Part shown: positions 44,032-54,757 of the stretch, one piece after another | How the letters are laid out: every line of letters starts with the position of its first letter | Numbering within the stretch: the first letter of the stretch is position 1 | From: Chloroflexota bacterium | GTDB lineage: Bacteria > Chloroflexota > Limnocylindria > P2-11E | Direction: 5' to 3' | Length of the DNA: 57,513 nt | Assembly (NCBI GenBank): GCA_016191385.1 | Contig: JACPOT010000041.1 | Location: 1 to 57,513, forward strand | Position numbers and translations under genes: made by a program | Notes under the pieces: model-generated | Databases searched by the model: none | Told to the model about the DNA's origin: nothing | The model's input: only the letters and a program-made list of their open reading frames with translations

Positions 44032-47018
44032 GCGAGGTCCTCGCGGCCCTCGCGGATCTCGACCGGCGGCTCTACCTGGCGATCGTCACGTCGCGCAGCG
44101 CGGTCGTCGCGTTCTTCGCCGTGGCCGTCGCGACGGTCAACGTCGTGGGCGCGGTGTGGTGGGCCTTCGGCCTCGCCGGTCTCCGCGCGCGCGGCCTTGG
44201 CCGCCGCGGTCTCGCGATCGTCCTCACCATCGCGTTCGGGTTGATCCCGGCGTGGGTCACGGGTGACCTGCTGAAGCTCGTCTTCCAGCGGCCGCGTCCG
44301 TTCCTCGACCTGCCCGGGATCGACCTGCTCATCACGACGCCGACCACGTACTCGTTCCCATCCGGCGACACCGCCGGTGCGTTCGGCGCGGCGGTCGCTC
44401 TGGGTCATGCCCTGCCGCGGCTGCGCTGGCCGGCGATCCTCATCGCGTCCGCGATCGGGCTCGCGCGCGTGGCGGTGGGAGCGCACTACCCGTCGGACGT
44501 GATCGGCGGCGCTATCGTCGGCATCGTCTTCGGCCTTCTCGCGCCGTGGGTGGTCGCCGAGATCCTGCGCCGCCTGCCCTGGGACATCTACGTGGTCCCG
44601 CACACGCACTGGGACCGCGAGTGGTACGCGCGCTTCGAGGCGTACCGCGTGCGGCTCGTGCGCATGATGGGCAAGCTCCTCGACCTCCTCGAGCGCGACG
44701 AGCAGTTCACCGCGTTCACCTTCGACGGCCACACCATCGCCATCGAGGACCACCTCGCCGTCATGCCGCAGGACCGGCCACGCATCGAGCGGCTCATCAA
44801 GAACGACCGGCTCCTGGTGGGGCCGTGGTACGTCCTCGCGGACTATCTGCTGGTCTCGGGCGAGTCGATCGTGCGCAACTTCCAGGAGGGCCTTCGCACC
44901 AGCGGCGAGCTGGGCCGCGCGATGCGCGTCTGCTACGTGGCCGACCCCTTCGGACATCCGGCGCAGATGCCGCAGATCGCGCGCGGATTCGGCTACACGA
45001 CCTACGTTTTCGCGCGCGGCGTCGGCGACGAGGGCGAGGAGCTCGGCAGCGAGTTCCAGTGGGAGTCGCCCTCGGGCGACCGCGTGCTCGCGTCGCACCA
45101 GGTCGCGCACTACGACAATGCGCTGGTCCTGGTGGGTGACGGCGACGAGGACCCCGCCGCCCTCAGCCGTCGCGTGCGCCGCGTCCTGCCGGAGCTGATG
45201 CGCAAGACCGTCCCCTACGCGCAGTCGCGCTCACTCCTTTTCATGGTCGGTACGGACCACACCGAGCCCTACGAGCGGCTGCCCGAGGTGGTGGCCGTCA
45301 TAGCCGACGAGCTGCGCGCGTCGGCGCCGCGCGTCACGGGCATGGAAGCCTTCGCCGCGTCCCTCTCGACGCCGCCCGGCGTGCTCAGCGGCGAGATGAT
45401 CGCGGGCAAGTACCGGCCCATCCTCCGGGGCGTCAACTCGACGCGCGTGTGGATCAAGCAGGCCAACGCCGAGTGCGAGCGTCTTCTTCTCGAGCGGTGC
45501 GAGCCGCTGGACGCCGTGGCCGGCGGCGTCGCGCGCGACGCCCTGCGGTCGATGTGGCGGACGCTCCTTGAGAACCATCCGCACGACTCGATCTGCGGCT
45601 GTGGCATCGACGAGGTGCACGACCTCGACATGGCGCCACGCTTCGACCGCGTGCGGCGCGAGGGTCAGGCGCTCGTCGCCGAGCTCACGCGCCGTCTCGC
45701 CGGCGAGGGCGACGCTCCGATCGTCTGGAGCGCTCTCCCCTGGGATCGGACCGCGGTGGCGGAGGTGGGCGGCCGGCCGACCCTCGTTCGCTGCCCGGGC
45801 TTCGGCTGCGGCCCGATCGAGCAGGTGAGCGCCGACGCGGTCCGGAGCACGGGGAGCGGCGTGATCGAGAACGGCCGCCTGCGGGTGGAGGTCGCGCCCG
45901 ACGGGACCTTCGCGCTCGCCGACATCGCCAGCGGCGAGCGCTGGGATCGGCAGAACGTCCTCGTCGACGAGGGCGACCGGGGCGACGAGTACACCTTCTC
46001 TTATGCGGGCCCCACCGTCGCGGGCGCCGCGCAGCCCGGGTCGGTCGCCACCGAGGTCGTCGGCGACCGCGCGACGGTGACGGTCACGACGCACGCGCGG
46101 CTCCCGGTCGGCTTGCGCGAGGATCGCCTTGCCCGGGACAGCGCCACCGTCGACTGCGCGCTCCGCATCGCCATCTCGCTCGATCGCGCGGCGGAGCACG
46201 TCGACGTGGACCTCGAGATCGACAACGCGGCGCGCGACCACCGCCTGCGAGCGGACTTCGCCACGGCGACGGGAACGCTCACGCACCACGCCGGCGCGGC
46301 GTTCGCCCTCCTCGAGCGCCCCAACCGCGTCCCGGTGCGGCCGGGCTGGGTCGAGCCGCCGACCGCGGAGCGATGCCTCCACGACATCGTCGTGGTGAGC
46401 GGAGCGACGCGCGGCCTCGCCGTCGGGGTCGACGGGCTGCGCGACTACGCCGTCGCGGGCGATGGCGGCCGCATCTCCATCACGCTCCTGCGAGCGATGG
46501 GCTGGCTCTCGCGCGGCGATCTTCGCGAGCGGCGCGGCCACGCCGGACCCGGACTCGAGACGCCGAGCGCGCAGCTCCCGGGCACGCGGCGGTTCCGCTA
46601 CACGGTCATCCCCCTCGTGCGCGAGCGCGGCCTCGCGGCGGCCGCGCGCGGCGTCCGCGAGTGGCTCTCGCCTCCTTGGGTCGGCCGTGGCGACGGCGAG
46701 CGGCGCACGTACCTGACCCTCACGACGGAGCCCCCTGACGCCGTGGCGCAGCTCACGGCGCTGCGCGCCGGACCGCTCGGGTCGCTCGTGGTCCGCATCG
46801 CCTCGCTGACCGGCCGTCCGGCCGAGGTGTCGCTGCGGTCCGACCGGCTCATCGGCGCCGCGCGCCCGGTCGACCTGCGCGAGGGTGTCGACGACCTCGG
46901 CAACAACGGCCTCGACGTCATCCGCACGGCCGCGCCTCTCAGCGTCCTGCCCGAGGGCACGGCGATCGCGCGCCTCGGCCCGTACGAGATCGGCACCTGG
47001 GTGGTCCAGCTGGCCTGA
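44028..47018 (+). CDS. Fusion protein: N-terminal PAP2 (type 2 phosphatidic acid/undecaprenyl-diphosphate phosphatase) membrane domain plus C-terminal GH38 alpha-mannosidase
   Basis: aa 1-~183 carry PAP2 motifs KLVFQRPRP, PSGD and ARVAVGAHYPSD within about 6 hydrophobic helices. From aa ~184, VVPHTHWDREWY, VGPWYV and the nucleophile motif VADPFGHPAQ are GH38 signatures. The N-terminal 147 aa of ORF 43587..47018 overlaps DedA and is rejected. Confidence 0.85.
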   Translation: MSEVLAALADLDRRLYLAIVTSRSAVVAFFAVAVATVNVVGAVWWAFGLAGLRARGLGRRGLAIVLTIAFGLIPAWVTGDLLKLVFQRPRPFLDLPGIDLLITTPTTYSFPSGDTAGAFGAAVALGHALPRLRWPAILIASAIGLARVAVGAHYPSDVIGGAIVGIVFGLLAPWVVAEILRRLPWDIYVVPHTHWDREWYARFEAYRVRLVRMMGKLLDLLERDEQFTAFTFDGHTIAIEDHLAVMPQDRPRIERLIKNDRLLVGPWYVLADYLLVSGESIVRNFQEGLRTSGELGRAMRVCYVADPFGHPAQMPQIARGFGYTTYVFARGVGDEGEELGSEFQWESPSGDRVLASHQVAHYDNALVLVGDGDEDPAALSRRVRRVLPELMRKTVPYAQSRSLLFMVGTDHTEPYERLPEVVAVIADELRASAPRVTGMEAFAASLSTPPGVLSGEMIAGKYRPILRGVNSTRVWIKQANAECERLLLERCEPLDAVAGGVARDALRSMWRTLLENHPHDSICGCGIDEVHDLDMAPRFDRVRREGQALVAELTRRLAGEGDAPIVWSALPWDRTAVAEVGGRPTLVRCPGFGCGPIEQVSADAVRSTGSGVIENGRLRVEVAPDGTFALADIASGERWDRQNVLVDEGDRGDEYTFSYAGPTVAGAAQPGSVATEVVGDRATVTVTTHARLPVGLREDRLARDSATVDCALRIAISLDRAAEHVDVDLEIDNAARDHRLRADFATATGTLTHHAGAAFALLERPNRVPVRPGWVEPPTAERCLHDIVVVSGATRGLAVGVDGLRDYAVAGDGGRISITLLRAMGWLSRGDLRERRGHAGPGLETPSAQLPGTRRFRYTVIPLVRERGLAAAARGVREWLSPPWVGRGDGERRTYLTLTTEPPDAVAQLTALRAGPLGSLVVRIASLTGRPAEVSLRSDRLIGAARPVDLREGVDDLGNNGLDVIRTAAPLSVLPEGTAIARLGPYEIGTWVVQLA

Positions 47019-47132
47019 TCAATGGCCGTCGGCTCGGCCTTCGGCCTCGCTTCGCGGCCGGTCGCTCCGCTCTTGCTGAGCTCGCTTCGGACCGGCGGAG
47101 CCGGATCCTCGCTCGCGCCATACTCGATCCCG

Positions 47133-48202
<1,070 letters not shown>

Positions 48203-48206
<4 letters not shown>

Positions 48207-50128
48207 CCCTGCGCGGCGCGCTCGACGCGTTCCCGCTCGAGACCGTGCTGCAGCTGCTCGCGGTCACGGCGAAGACCGGAGAGCTCGAGGCCCGCGATCA
48301 GGAGCGCGTGGCGATCCTCTCCCTTTCGGGCGGCCGCCTCGTGTCGGCGAAGTACGAGGACGAGTCGGGCGATCTCGCCCTGGGAGCGGCGTTCGCGATC
48401 CGCAGCGGCGACTTCGAGTTCATCCCGATGGGTTCGGTCGGCGACGCAGACCTCCAGGGCGACCTCGACGCGCTCCTCGACCGCGCCGTCGAGCACCGCG
48501 ACCGCCTCATCGCCATGCGCGAGCTGATCCCGCACGACGGCGTGCGCTTCAAGCTGTCAGACCGCGCCGCGGCGCGCGAGGAGATCCGGCTGTCGCCGGA
48601 CGAATGGCGCGCGCTCCTCGCGGCCGAGGGTCAGGACGACGTGGCCGGCATCGCGTCGCGCCTGGGCCTGAAGCGCCTGCGCACGCGCGAGCTGGTCGCG
48701 GGATTGGTGGGCAAGGGCCTCGTGGACGTCGTGCATCCCCTCGGGTCCGAACGGGCGGCTCGGACCGACGGCACGACCGGGCGCATGCGGCCGCTCGGAC
48801 GATCCGCCTCAGGTGAGCCGGTCGAGCTGCGCGGATCCATGCCCGACCTGCCGCTCGACCCCGTCGTGCAGCTCTGCGCCGCAACGGCGCGCACCGGCCG
48901 GATCGAGGTGCGCGCGGGTCGCGATGTCCACGTCCTCGGCCTCGAAGGCGGCAGGCTCGTCTCGGCGAGCTCGAGCGGCGAGACCGGCGAGAGCGCGCTC
49001 GGCGAGATCATGGCCGTCGAGACCGGGGAGTTCGAGTTCATCCCGATGGCCGCCGCGCCGGCGCACGACCTCGAGGGCGACGTGGAAGAGCTCCTCGCGC
49101 GCGCGGGAAAGGACCGCGAGCGCATCCTCGCCGATCGCGCGCTCATCCCCAGCGACCGCATGCGCTTCCGCCTCTCGGAGCGCGCGGCGGGCACGGGTGA
49201 GATCCGCCTCGATCCCGCGCAGTGGCGCGCGGTCTTCGCGGCGAACGGCGAGCGCGACGTCGCCGCGATGGCGGAGCTCCTCGGCCTTCGCCGCCTCGCA
49301 GCGGTGAAGCTCCTCGCGGACCTGGTGCGGCGCGGGGCCATCGACGCCGTCGACGCGCCCGCCGAGGCCACCGAGGCGGCCATGGCGGCATCCGCGCCCG
49401 CCGCGATGGAAGCCGCCCCGGCGGAGGTCGAGACCCCGCTCGCGGAGACGCCCATCGATCGGGAGGCCGAGACGGTCGTCGACGATCGCCTCGCCGCGCT
49501 CGCGGGCATCTTCGGTCCCGCCGAGCCCGCGCCTCCGCCGCCGGCCTGGGAGCCGCCACCTGCCGAGGTCGTGACCCCGGGCACGCCCCCGGTCGCGGAG
49601 CAGGTCGCCGCCGTCCCTGCCGAGGTCGTTGTCCCTCCGGAGCCGGTCGCGCCCCCCGTGGAGCCTCTCAAGAAGGGTGGGCTCTTCGGGCGCTTCGGCC
49701 GGACGCCCGCGTCCATCGGTGTCGCGCCGAGCGGGGCGCCCGCGGCCGCGTCCCGCGCCGGGCGCCTCGCGCAGTTCGCGAACGACCTCGTCGACGCCTA
49801 CAGCAGCGGCCGCTACAGCAAGGCGCGCATCGACAGCGCGATCCGGCCGTGGGTCATGCGCGCGGACGAGCAGGCCGACCCGCTCGACCGTCCCATCCCG
49901 CTCGCGGCCGACCGCCTCGATGTCGCGGCCATCGAGCGGGAGCTTCCCGAGAAGCAGGCCGTGCCCTATGTCGCGCTGCTCATCCGCGAGGTGCACTCCG
50001 AAGCGGAGCGCGTCCTCGGCAAGGACAGCGCGAAGCGCGCGTACCGCGAGACGCGCGCGCGCGTCTTCGGCAAGGACCTCTCCGTTCTCCAGCAGCCCGA
50101 CGCCGCCGCGCGCCTGCCGAAGGTGTGA
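48203..50128 (+). CDS. Protein with two tandem DUF4388 (PATAN-like) modules, a Pro/Ala-rich linker and an uncharacterised C-terminal domain
   Basis: LRGALDAFPLETVLQLLAVTAKTGELE...GGRLVSA...GDFEFIP recurs as LRGSMPDLPLDPVVQLCAATARTGRIE...GGRLVSA...GEFEFIP. The two units (aa 3-177 and 209-383) align without gaps. The GTG start overlaps the ATPase gene stop. Confidence 0.7.
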
Positions 50129-51102
50129 CGCTCTTCGTCGGGCTCGACCTCGGCGGCACGCACATGCGCGCCGTCGCGGCCGAGCCGGTCGAGGGCCAGC
50201 GGCCGCGGATCCTCGGGGATGCGTCACGGGCGACACCGCGGAGCGGTCCGACCGACGTGATCGCCGCGCTCGCCGACACCATCCGCAGCGCGGTCGACAA
50301 GGCGGAGCGCGCGCTTCACGACGTCGTGGCCGTCGGATGCTCCGCACCGGGCCCTCTCGACCCGCGCACGGGCAAGGTCCACGTCGCTCCCAACATCCCC
50401 GGCTTCACCGACGTGGCGCTCTCGGAGCGGCTGTCGACCGCGCTCGAGGGCATCCCCGTGTTCCTCGACCGCGACACGGTCATCGCCGCGATCGGCGAGG
50501 GCCTCGCGGGTGCCGCGCGCGGCGCGCGCGACTTCGTCTACGTGACCGTGTCCACAGGTGTGGGTGGCGCGATCGTCAGCGGCGGACGCATGGTGCGCGG
50601 CGCGACCAACACCGCGGGTGAGATCGGCCACTGGCCCATCGCTCTCATGGGCCCCCGCGGGAGCGGAGCGACCGCAGGGATCGAGGGACTGCCTCCCTGC
50701 GGCTGCGGAGCGGTCGGCTGCGTGGAGTCCTTCGCCGGCGGGCGCAACCTCGCGACGCGGTTCGGGGTCGCCGAAGCGAGCGAGGTCTTCCGCGCCGCCG
50801 ACACGGGCGACGCGCGCGCGAAGGAGCTGGTCGCGCAGGCCGAGGCGGCCCTCGCGTCGCTCGCGGTCGGGCTCGTGAACGGCCTCAACCCCGCGCTCAT
50901 CGTCGTCGGCGGCGGCATCAGCGAGCACGAGCCCGAGCACGTCCTCGAGCCGATGCGGAAGGCGATCCGCGAGCGCGCGTTCAAGGTGCCCGCCGCGGCG
51001 GCGCGCGTCGTGCCCGCGGAGCTGGGCGCGGATGTGGGCATGATCGGCGCGGTCCTCGCCGCGCGCGAGCGCGCGAGCGGGAGAGGAGAATGGTCCCAAT
51101 GA
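50125..51102 (+). CDS. ROK-family sugar kinase (glucokinase-like)
   Basis: The GTG at 50125 overlaps the previous stop (GTGA). Motifs are [29 protein letters not shown] and the zinc motif [15 protein letters not shown]. Confidence 0.85.
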   Translation: MTLFVGLDLGGTHMRAVAAEPVEGQRPRILGDASRATPRSGPTDVIAALADTIRSAVDKAERALHDVVAVGCSAPGPLDPRTGKVHVAPNIPGFTDVALSERLSTALEGIPVFLDRDTVIAAIGEGLAGAARGARDFVYVTVSTGVGGAIVSGGRMVRGATNTAGEIGHWPIALMGPRGSGATAGIEGLPPCGCGAVGCVESFAGGRNLATRFGVAEASEVFRAADTGDARAKELVAQAEAALASLAVGLVNGLNPALIVVGGGISEHEPEHVLEPMRKAIRERAFKVPAAAARVVPAELGADVGMIGAVLAARERASGRGEWSQ

Positions 51103-52136
51103 CACGTGTCGCCATCAACGGCTTCGGGCGGATCGGCCGCCAGTTCCTCAAGGCATCGTTCGAGCGGCATCCCGAGATGGAGATCGTCGCCGTCAACGAC
51201 CTTGCGGATCCGCAGATGAACGCTTTCCTCTTCAAGCACGACACCAATTACGGGAACTTCGGGGGCGAGGTCTCCGCGACCGCCGACTCGCTCGTCATCG
51301 AAGGCCGCCGCATCAAGGTGGTCCAGGAGAAGGATCCGGCGAAGCTGCCGTGGCGCGATCTGGGGATCGACATCGTCGTCGAGTCGACCGGCTTCTTCAC
51401 CGATGCGACCAAGGCCAGAGCGCACATCGATGCCGGAACGCGCTACGTGATCATCTCCGCGCCGGCCAAGAACGAGGACAAGACCATCGTGCTGGGCGTC
51501 AACGAGGGCGAGTTCGACCCCGAGAAGCACCACATCATCAGCAACGCGTCGTGCACGACGAACGGCCTCGCGCCCGTCGCCAAGATCCTCAACGACGAGT
51601 TCGGGATCGAGAAGGGCTTCCTCACCACGATCCACTCGTACACCAACACCCAGCGCCTCCTCGACACCGTCGCGAAGGACCCGCGCGATGCGCGCGCGGC
51701 GGCCGAGAACATCATCCCCAGCGAAACGGGAGCGGCGCGGGCCGTCGCGCTCGTCATCCCCGAGCTCAAGGGCAAGTTCACCGGGATGGCGTTCCGCGTT
51801 CCGACACCCACGGTGTCGGTCGTCGATTTCACCGCGACGCTCAAGCGCGAGGTGACCAAGGAGCAGGTGAACGCGGCGTTCAAGACCGCGTCCCAGGGGA
51901 AGCTCAAGGGGATCATGGATTACACCGAGGAGCCGCTCGTCTCCTCCGACCTCAAGGGGGACGCGCACTCGACCATCGTGAGCGGGCTCGACACCGTCGC
52001 CCTCGGGAACATGGTCAAGGTCATCGCCTGGTACGACAACGAGTGGGGCTACGCCTGCCGGCTCGCCGACATCACGGCGCTCGTCGGCTCGAAGATCGGT
52101 TCCACGAAGAAGGAGCCCGCCGGAGCGCGCGCCTAG
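51099..52136 (+). CDS. gap: Glyceraldehyde-3-phosphate dehydrogenase
   Basis: [14 protein letters not shown]...SNASCTTN...HSYTN.Q..LD...WYDNEWGY. The ATG at 51099 is preferred because GGAGAGGAGAA sits 7-10 nt upstream. Confidence 0.92.
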   Translation: MTRVAINGFGRIGRQFLKASFERHPEMEIVAVNDLADPQMNAFLFKHDTNYGNFGGEVSATADSLVIEGRRIKVVQEKDPAKLPWRDLGIDIVVESTGFFTDATKARAHIDAGTRYVIISAPAKNEDKTIVLGVNEGEFDPEKHHIISNASCTTNGLAPVAKILNDEFGIEKGFLTTIHSYTNTQRLLDTVAKDPRDARAAAENIIPSETGAARAVALVIPELKGKFTGMAFRVPTPTVSVVDFTATLKREVTKEQVNAAFKTASQGKLKGIMDYTEEPLVSSDLKGDAHSTIVSGLDTVALGNMVKVIAWYDNEWGYACRLADITALVGSKIGSTKKEPAGARA

Positions 52137-52140
52137 CCCT

Positions 52141-53322
52141 TTGAAGCGCACCATCCGCGACGCCGACGTCGCCGGCAAGCGTGTCCTCCTGCGCGCCGAC
52201 CTCAACGTCCCGCTCAAGGACGGCGACGTCGCCGACGACACGCGGATCCGCGCGGTGCTGCCGACCATCACCTACCTGCGTGATCGCGGCGCGATGGTCG
52301 CGGTCTGCTCGCATCTCGGCCGGCCTTCGGGGCCGGACCCGACATACAGCCTCACCCCGGTCGCCCGGCGCCTCGCGGATCTGCTCGGCTGCACTGTGCC
52401 GCTGATGCCGGACTGCGTGGGCGAGCCGGTCCTGCGCGCGGTGAAGGCGATGAATAGGGAGGACGTGATCCTCCTCGAGAACACCCGCTTCCATCCCGAG
52501 GAGGAGGCCAACGACACTGCGTTCGCGAAAGCGCTCGCCGCCGGCTTCGACGTGTTCGTCAACGACGCTTTCGGCGCGGCGCACCGGGCGCACGCGTCCA
52601 CCGAGGGCGTCGCGCACCTCCTGCCGGCATACGCGGGCTTCCTGCTCGAGAAGGAGCTCGCTGTCCTGGGACGACTCCTCGCCAAGCCGGAGCGTCCCTT
52701 CCTCGCGATCGTCGGCGGCGCCAAGGTGTCGTCGAAGATCGGGGTGCTGCGCGCGCTCGCGGAGCGGGTCGACGTGCTCGCGGTCGGCGGCGGGATGGGC
52801 AGCACGTTCCTCGCGGCGAACGGGACGCAGGTCGGCCGATCCCTGCGCGAAGCGGACCGCGAAGGCGAGGCGCGCGCCATCGCGGCGGCGCTCGCGAAGC
52901 GCGGCGGCGAGCTCGTCCTCCCCGTCGACGTCGTCGTCGCGCCGTCCGCGGATGCCGCCGGCGCCGCCAGCGCGCGCACGGTCGGCGTGGACGCGATCCC
53001 CGCGGACCTCATGGTCGTCGACGTGGGGCCGCGAACGCTCGAGCATTACCAGCGCGCGATCGCGAAGGCCAAGACGATCCTTTGGAACGGCCCCGTCGGC
53101 GTGTTCGAGGTGCCGCGCTTCGCTGCCGGCACGCGGCGCGTCGCCGAGCTGCTCGCGCGCGCGAATGCCACGACCGTCGTCGGCGGCGGCGAGTCCGTTC
53201 AAGCCGTCGAGGAGCTGGGCCTGACCGACCGGATGACGCACGTATCCACGGGCGGCGGCGCGTCGCTCGAGCTGATCGAGGGGAAGACGCTGCCCGGCGT
53301 GGCCGCCATCCCCGACCTCTGA
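52141..53322 (+). CDS. pgk: Phosphoglycerate kinase
   Basis: 393 aa. VLLRADLNVPL, SHLGRP, LLENTRF...EE, FVNDAFGAAHRAHAST, VGGAKVSSKIGV, WNGPVGVFE and STGGGASLE. The length is normal, so it is not a pgk-tpi fusion. Confidence 0.92.
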   Translation: MKRTIRDADVAGKRVLLRADLNVPLKDGDVADDTRIRAVLPTITYLRDRGAMVAVCSHLGRPSGPDPTYSLTPVARRLADLLGCTVPLMPDCVGEPVLRAVKAMNREDVILLENTRFHPEEEANDTAFAKALAAGFDVFVNDAFGAAHRAHASTEGVAHLLPAYAGFLLEKELAVLGRLLAKPERPFLAIVGGAKVSSKIGVLRALAERVDVLAVGGGMGSTFLAANGTQVGRSLREADREGEARAIAAALAKRGGELVLPVDVVVAPSADAAGAASARTVGVDAIPADLMVVDVGPRTLEHYQRAIAKAKTILWNGPVGVFEVPRFAAGTRRVAELLARANATTVVGGGESVQAVEELGLTDRMTHVSTGGGASLELIEGKTLPGVAAIPDL

Positions 53323-53424
53323 GGAAGCGCCTGCAACTCGCGAGCGATGTCCTGCGCTGTTGGAGCCGGACCGCTCGCCCGAGACAGGAGACGTCCCTAC
53401 ACTGTGGCCACCGCAGGCGCTTCC
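53323..53424. repeat. 12-nt inverted repeat GGAAGCGCCTGC ... GCAGGCGCTTCC separated by 78 nt, immediately after the pgk stop
   Basis: The arms are at 53323-53334 and 53413-53424, read directly. It lies at the left border of the lower-GC island, upstream of the methyltransferase RBS. Confidence 0.6.
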
Positions 53425-53452
53425 TGATGCGGTGAGACGGAAGGAGCCCGCG

Positions 53453-54757
53453 ATGGCCGTAGCGAGCGTCGCCGGGGAGCGCCGCAAGCAGCTCGGGGCG
53501 TTCTACACGCCGCCGGAGATCGTCGACGCCCTCGCTAAGTGGGCCATCCGCTCGCCAACGGATCGGGTCCTTGAACCCGCATCCGGTGAAGCCGTCTTCG
53601 TGCTTGAGAGCCTCCGCCGTCTCAGGTCGCTGGGTGCGTTGCATCCCGCCGAGCAGGTTCTGGCCGTCGACATCGACCCCGACTCTTGCGCTTCGGCCAC
53701 GGATGTCCTTGCAGCTGCTGGTGAGCGGGCTTCGATCATCTGTCGGGACTTCTTCGAGCTGGTGCCCGATGAGCAGGCGCCTTTCATGGTCGCCATCGGC
53801 AATCCGCCGTACGTCAGGTACCACCGTTTCCGCGGCGACGCTCGGGAGCGCGGTCGCTCAGCCGCAGCATCAGTGGGAGTCACTCTCAGCGGCCTCGCCA
53901 GTTCATGGGCTCCGTTCGTGGTCCACGCCTCGCGCTTCCTTGCGCCCAGCGGGCGCCTCGCCTTCGTCCTGCCTGCAGAGTTGTTACGCGCGGACTACGC
54001 CGGTCCGGTGAGGGAGTTCCTGCTCGAGCGGTTCGGCTCCGTCACCGTCGTGACCTTCGAGCGAGCTGTCTTCCCGGGGGCGGCGATCGACACAGTCCTC
54101 CTCTTGGCCGACGGCTCTGGATCAAGGGGCCTTCACAGCGTGCAGCTCAACGATGTCGCGGACCTCTCCAGCCTGCCCACGCGAGCGTCAGTCAGCGCAA
54201 GTCCGATCGGACGCTGGTCTGGGATGCTCACGTCGATCGAGGGAGCGTCCGCGCTCGATCGCCTTCGCGCGCGCGGCCTGCTTCGTCGTATCGGCGACGT
54301 TGCGACCGTGGACATCGGTTTCGTGAGCGGGGCGAACAAATTCTTCGTTCTCGATGCAGCCGAGATCAAGCGTCACGGTCTCTCTCGGCGCCGGTTCCAA
54401 CCCGCGATCGTCCGGCCAAGTCAGTTGCCCGGGGCGGTCCTCACCGAGCATGACGCTGCGCAGCTCATCGCCTCGGATGACTGCCTCGTGCTGAACGTGT
54501 CGGCATCAGGTCTCGCGGAACAAACGACGGCTTTGGGACGCTACCTGCGCCGCGGGCAGCGACTCGGGATCCACCGTGGATACAAATGCCGCACGGATAT
54601 GGCTCTTCGCCAGAACGGTCCCGAGGCCGCGGCGGCCCTTGTCGACGACCTTCTCATGAACGAGGGCGTTCTCGATCCTATCGAGCTCGAGCAGGTGAGA
54701 CGCGCCCGCGACCTGCTGCGGAACCGTCGCGTCAACCGAGGACGGTCCCAGGCCTGA
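53453..54757 (+). CDS. Gamma-class N6-adenine DNA methyltransferase (TaqI/Eco57I-like)
   Basis: AAGGAG lies 6 nt upstream of the ATG at 53453. Motifs are LGAFYTPPEIVD (motif X-like), RVLEPASGEAVF (motif I, SAM binding), AIGNPPYVRY (motif IV, NPPY) and LAFVLPAELL. The C-terminal IGFVSGANKFFVL is typical of the TaqI-like specificity domain. Confidence 0.8.
   Translation: MAVASVAGERRKQLGAFYTPPEIVDALAKWAIRSPTDRVLEPASGEAVFVLESLRRLRSLGALHPAEQVLAVDIDPDSCASATDVLAAAGERASIICRDFFELVPDEQAPFMVAIGNPPYVRYHRFRGDARERGRSAAASVGVTLSGLASSWAPFVVHASRFLAPSGRLAFVLPAELLRADYAGPVREFLLERFGSVTVVTFERAVFPGAAIDTVLLLADGSGSRGLHSVQLNDVADLSSLPTRASVSASPIGRWSGMLTSIEGASALDRLRARGLLRRIGDVATVDIGFVSGANKFFVLDAAEIKRHGLSRRRFQPAIVRPSQLPGAVLTEHDAAQLIASDDCLVLNVSASGLAEQTTALGRYLRRGQRLGIHRGYKCRTDMALRQNGPEAAAALVDDLLMNEGVLDPIELEQVRRARDLLRNRRVNRGRSQA

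Noticed and set aside
47019-47132. The intergenic region after the GH38 gene, checked for a terminator or riboswitch (GGCCTTCGGCC element).
   Set aside because: - Only a 4-5 bp GC stem is present, with no conserved riboswitch-like features that I can recognise.
- The evidence is insufficient.
52141-53322. The possibility that tpiA is present as a pgk-tpi fusion, as in some thermophiles.
   Set aside because: - pgk is 393 aa and ends with the normal C-terminal motif (STGGGASLELIEGK...).
- No TIM-barrel triosephosphate isomerase sequence follows in any frame.
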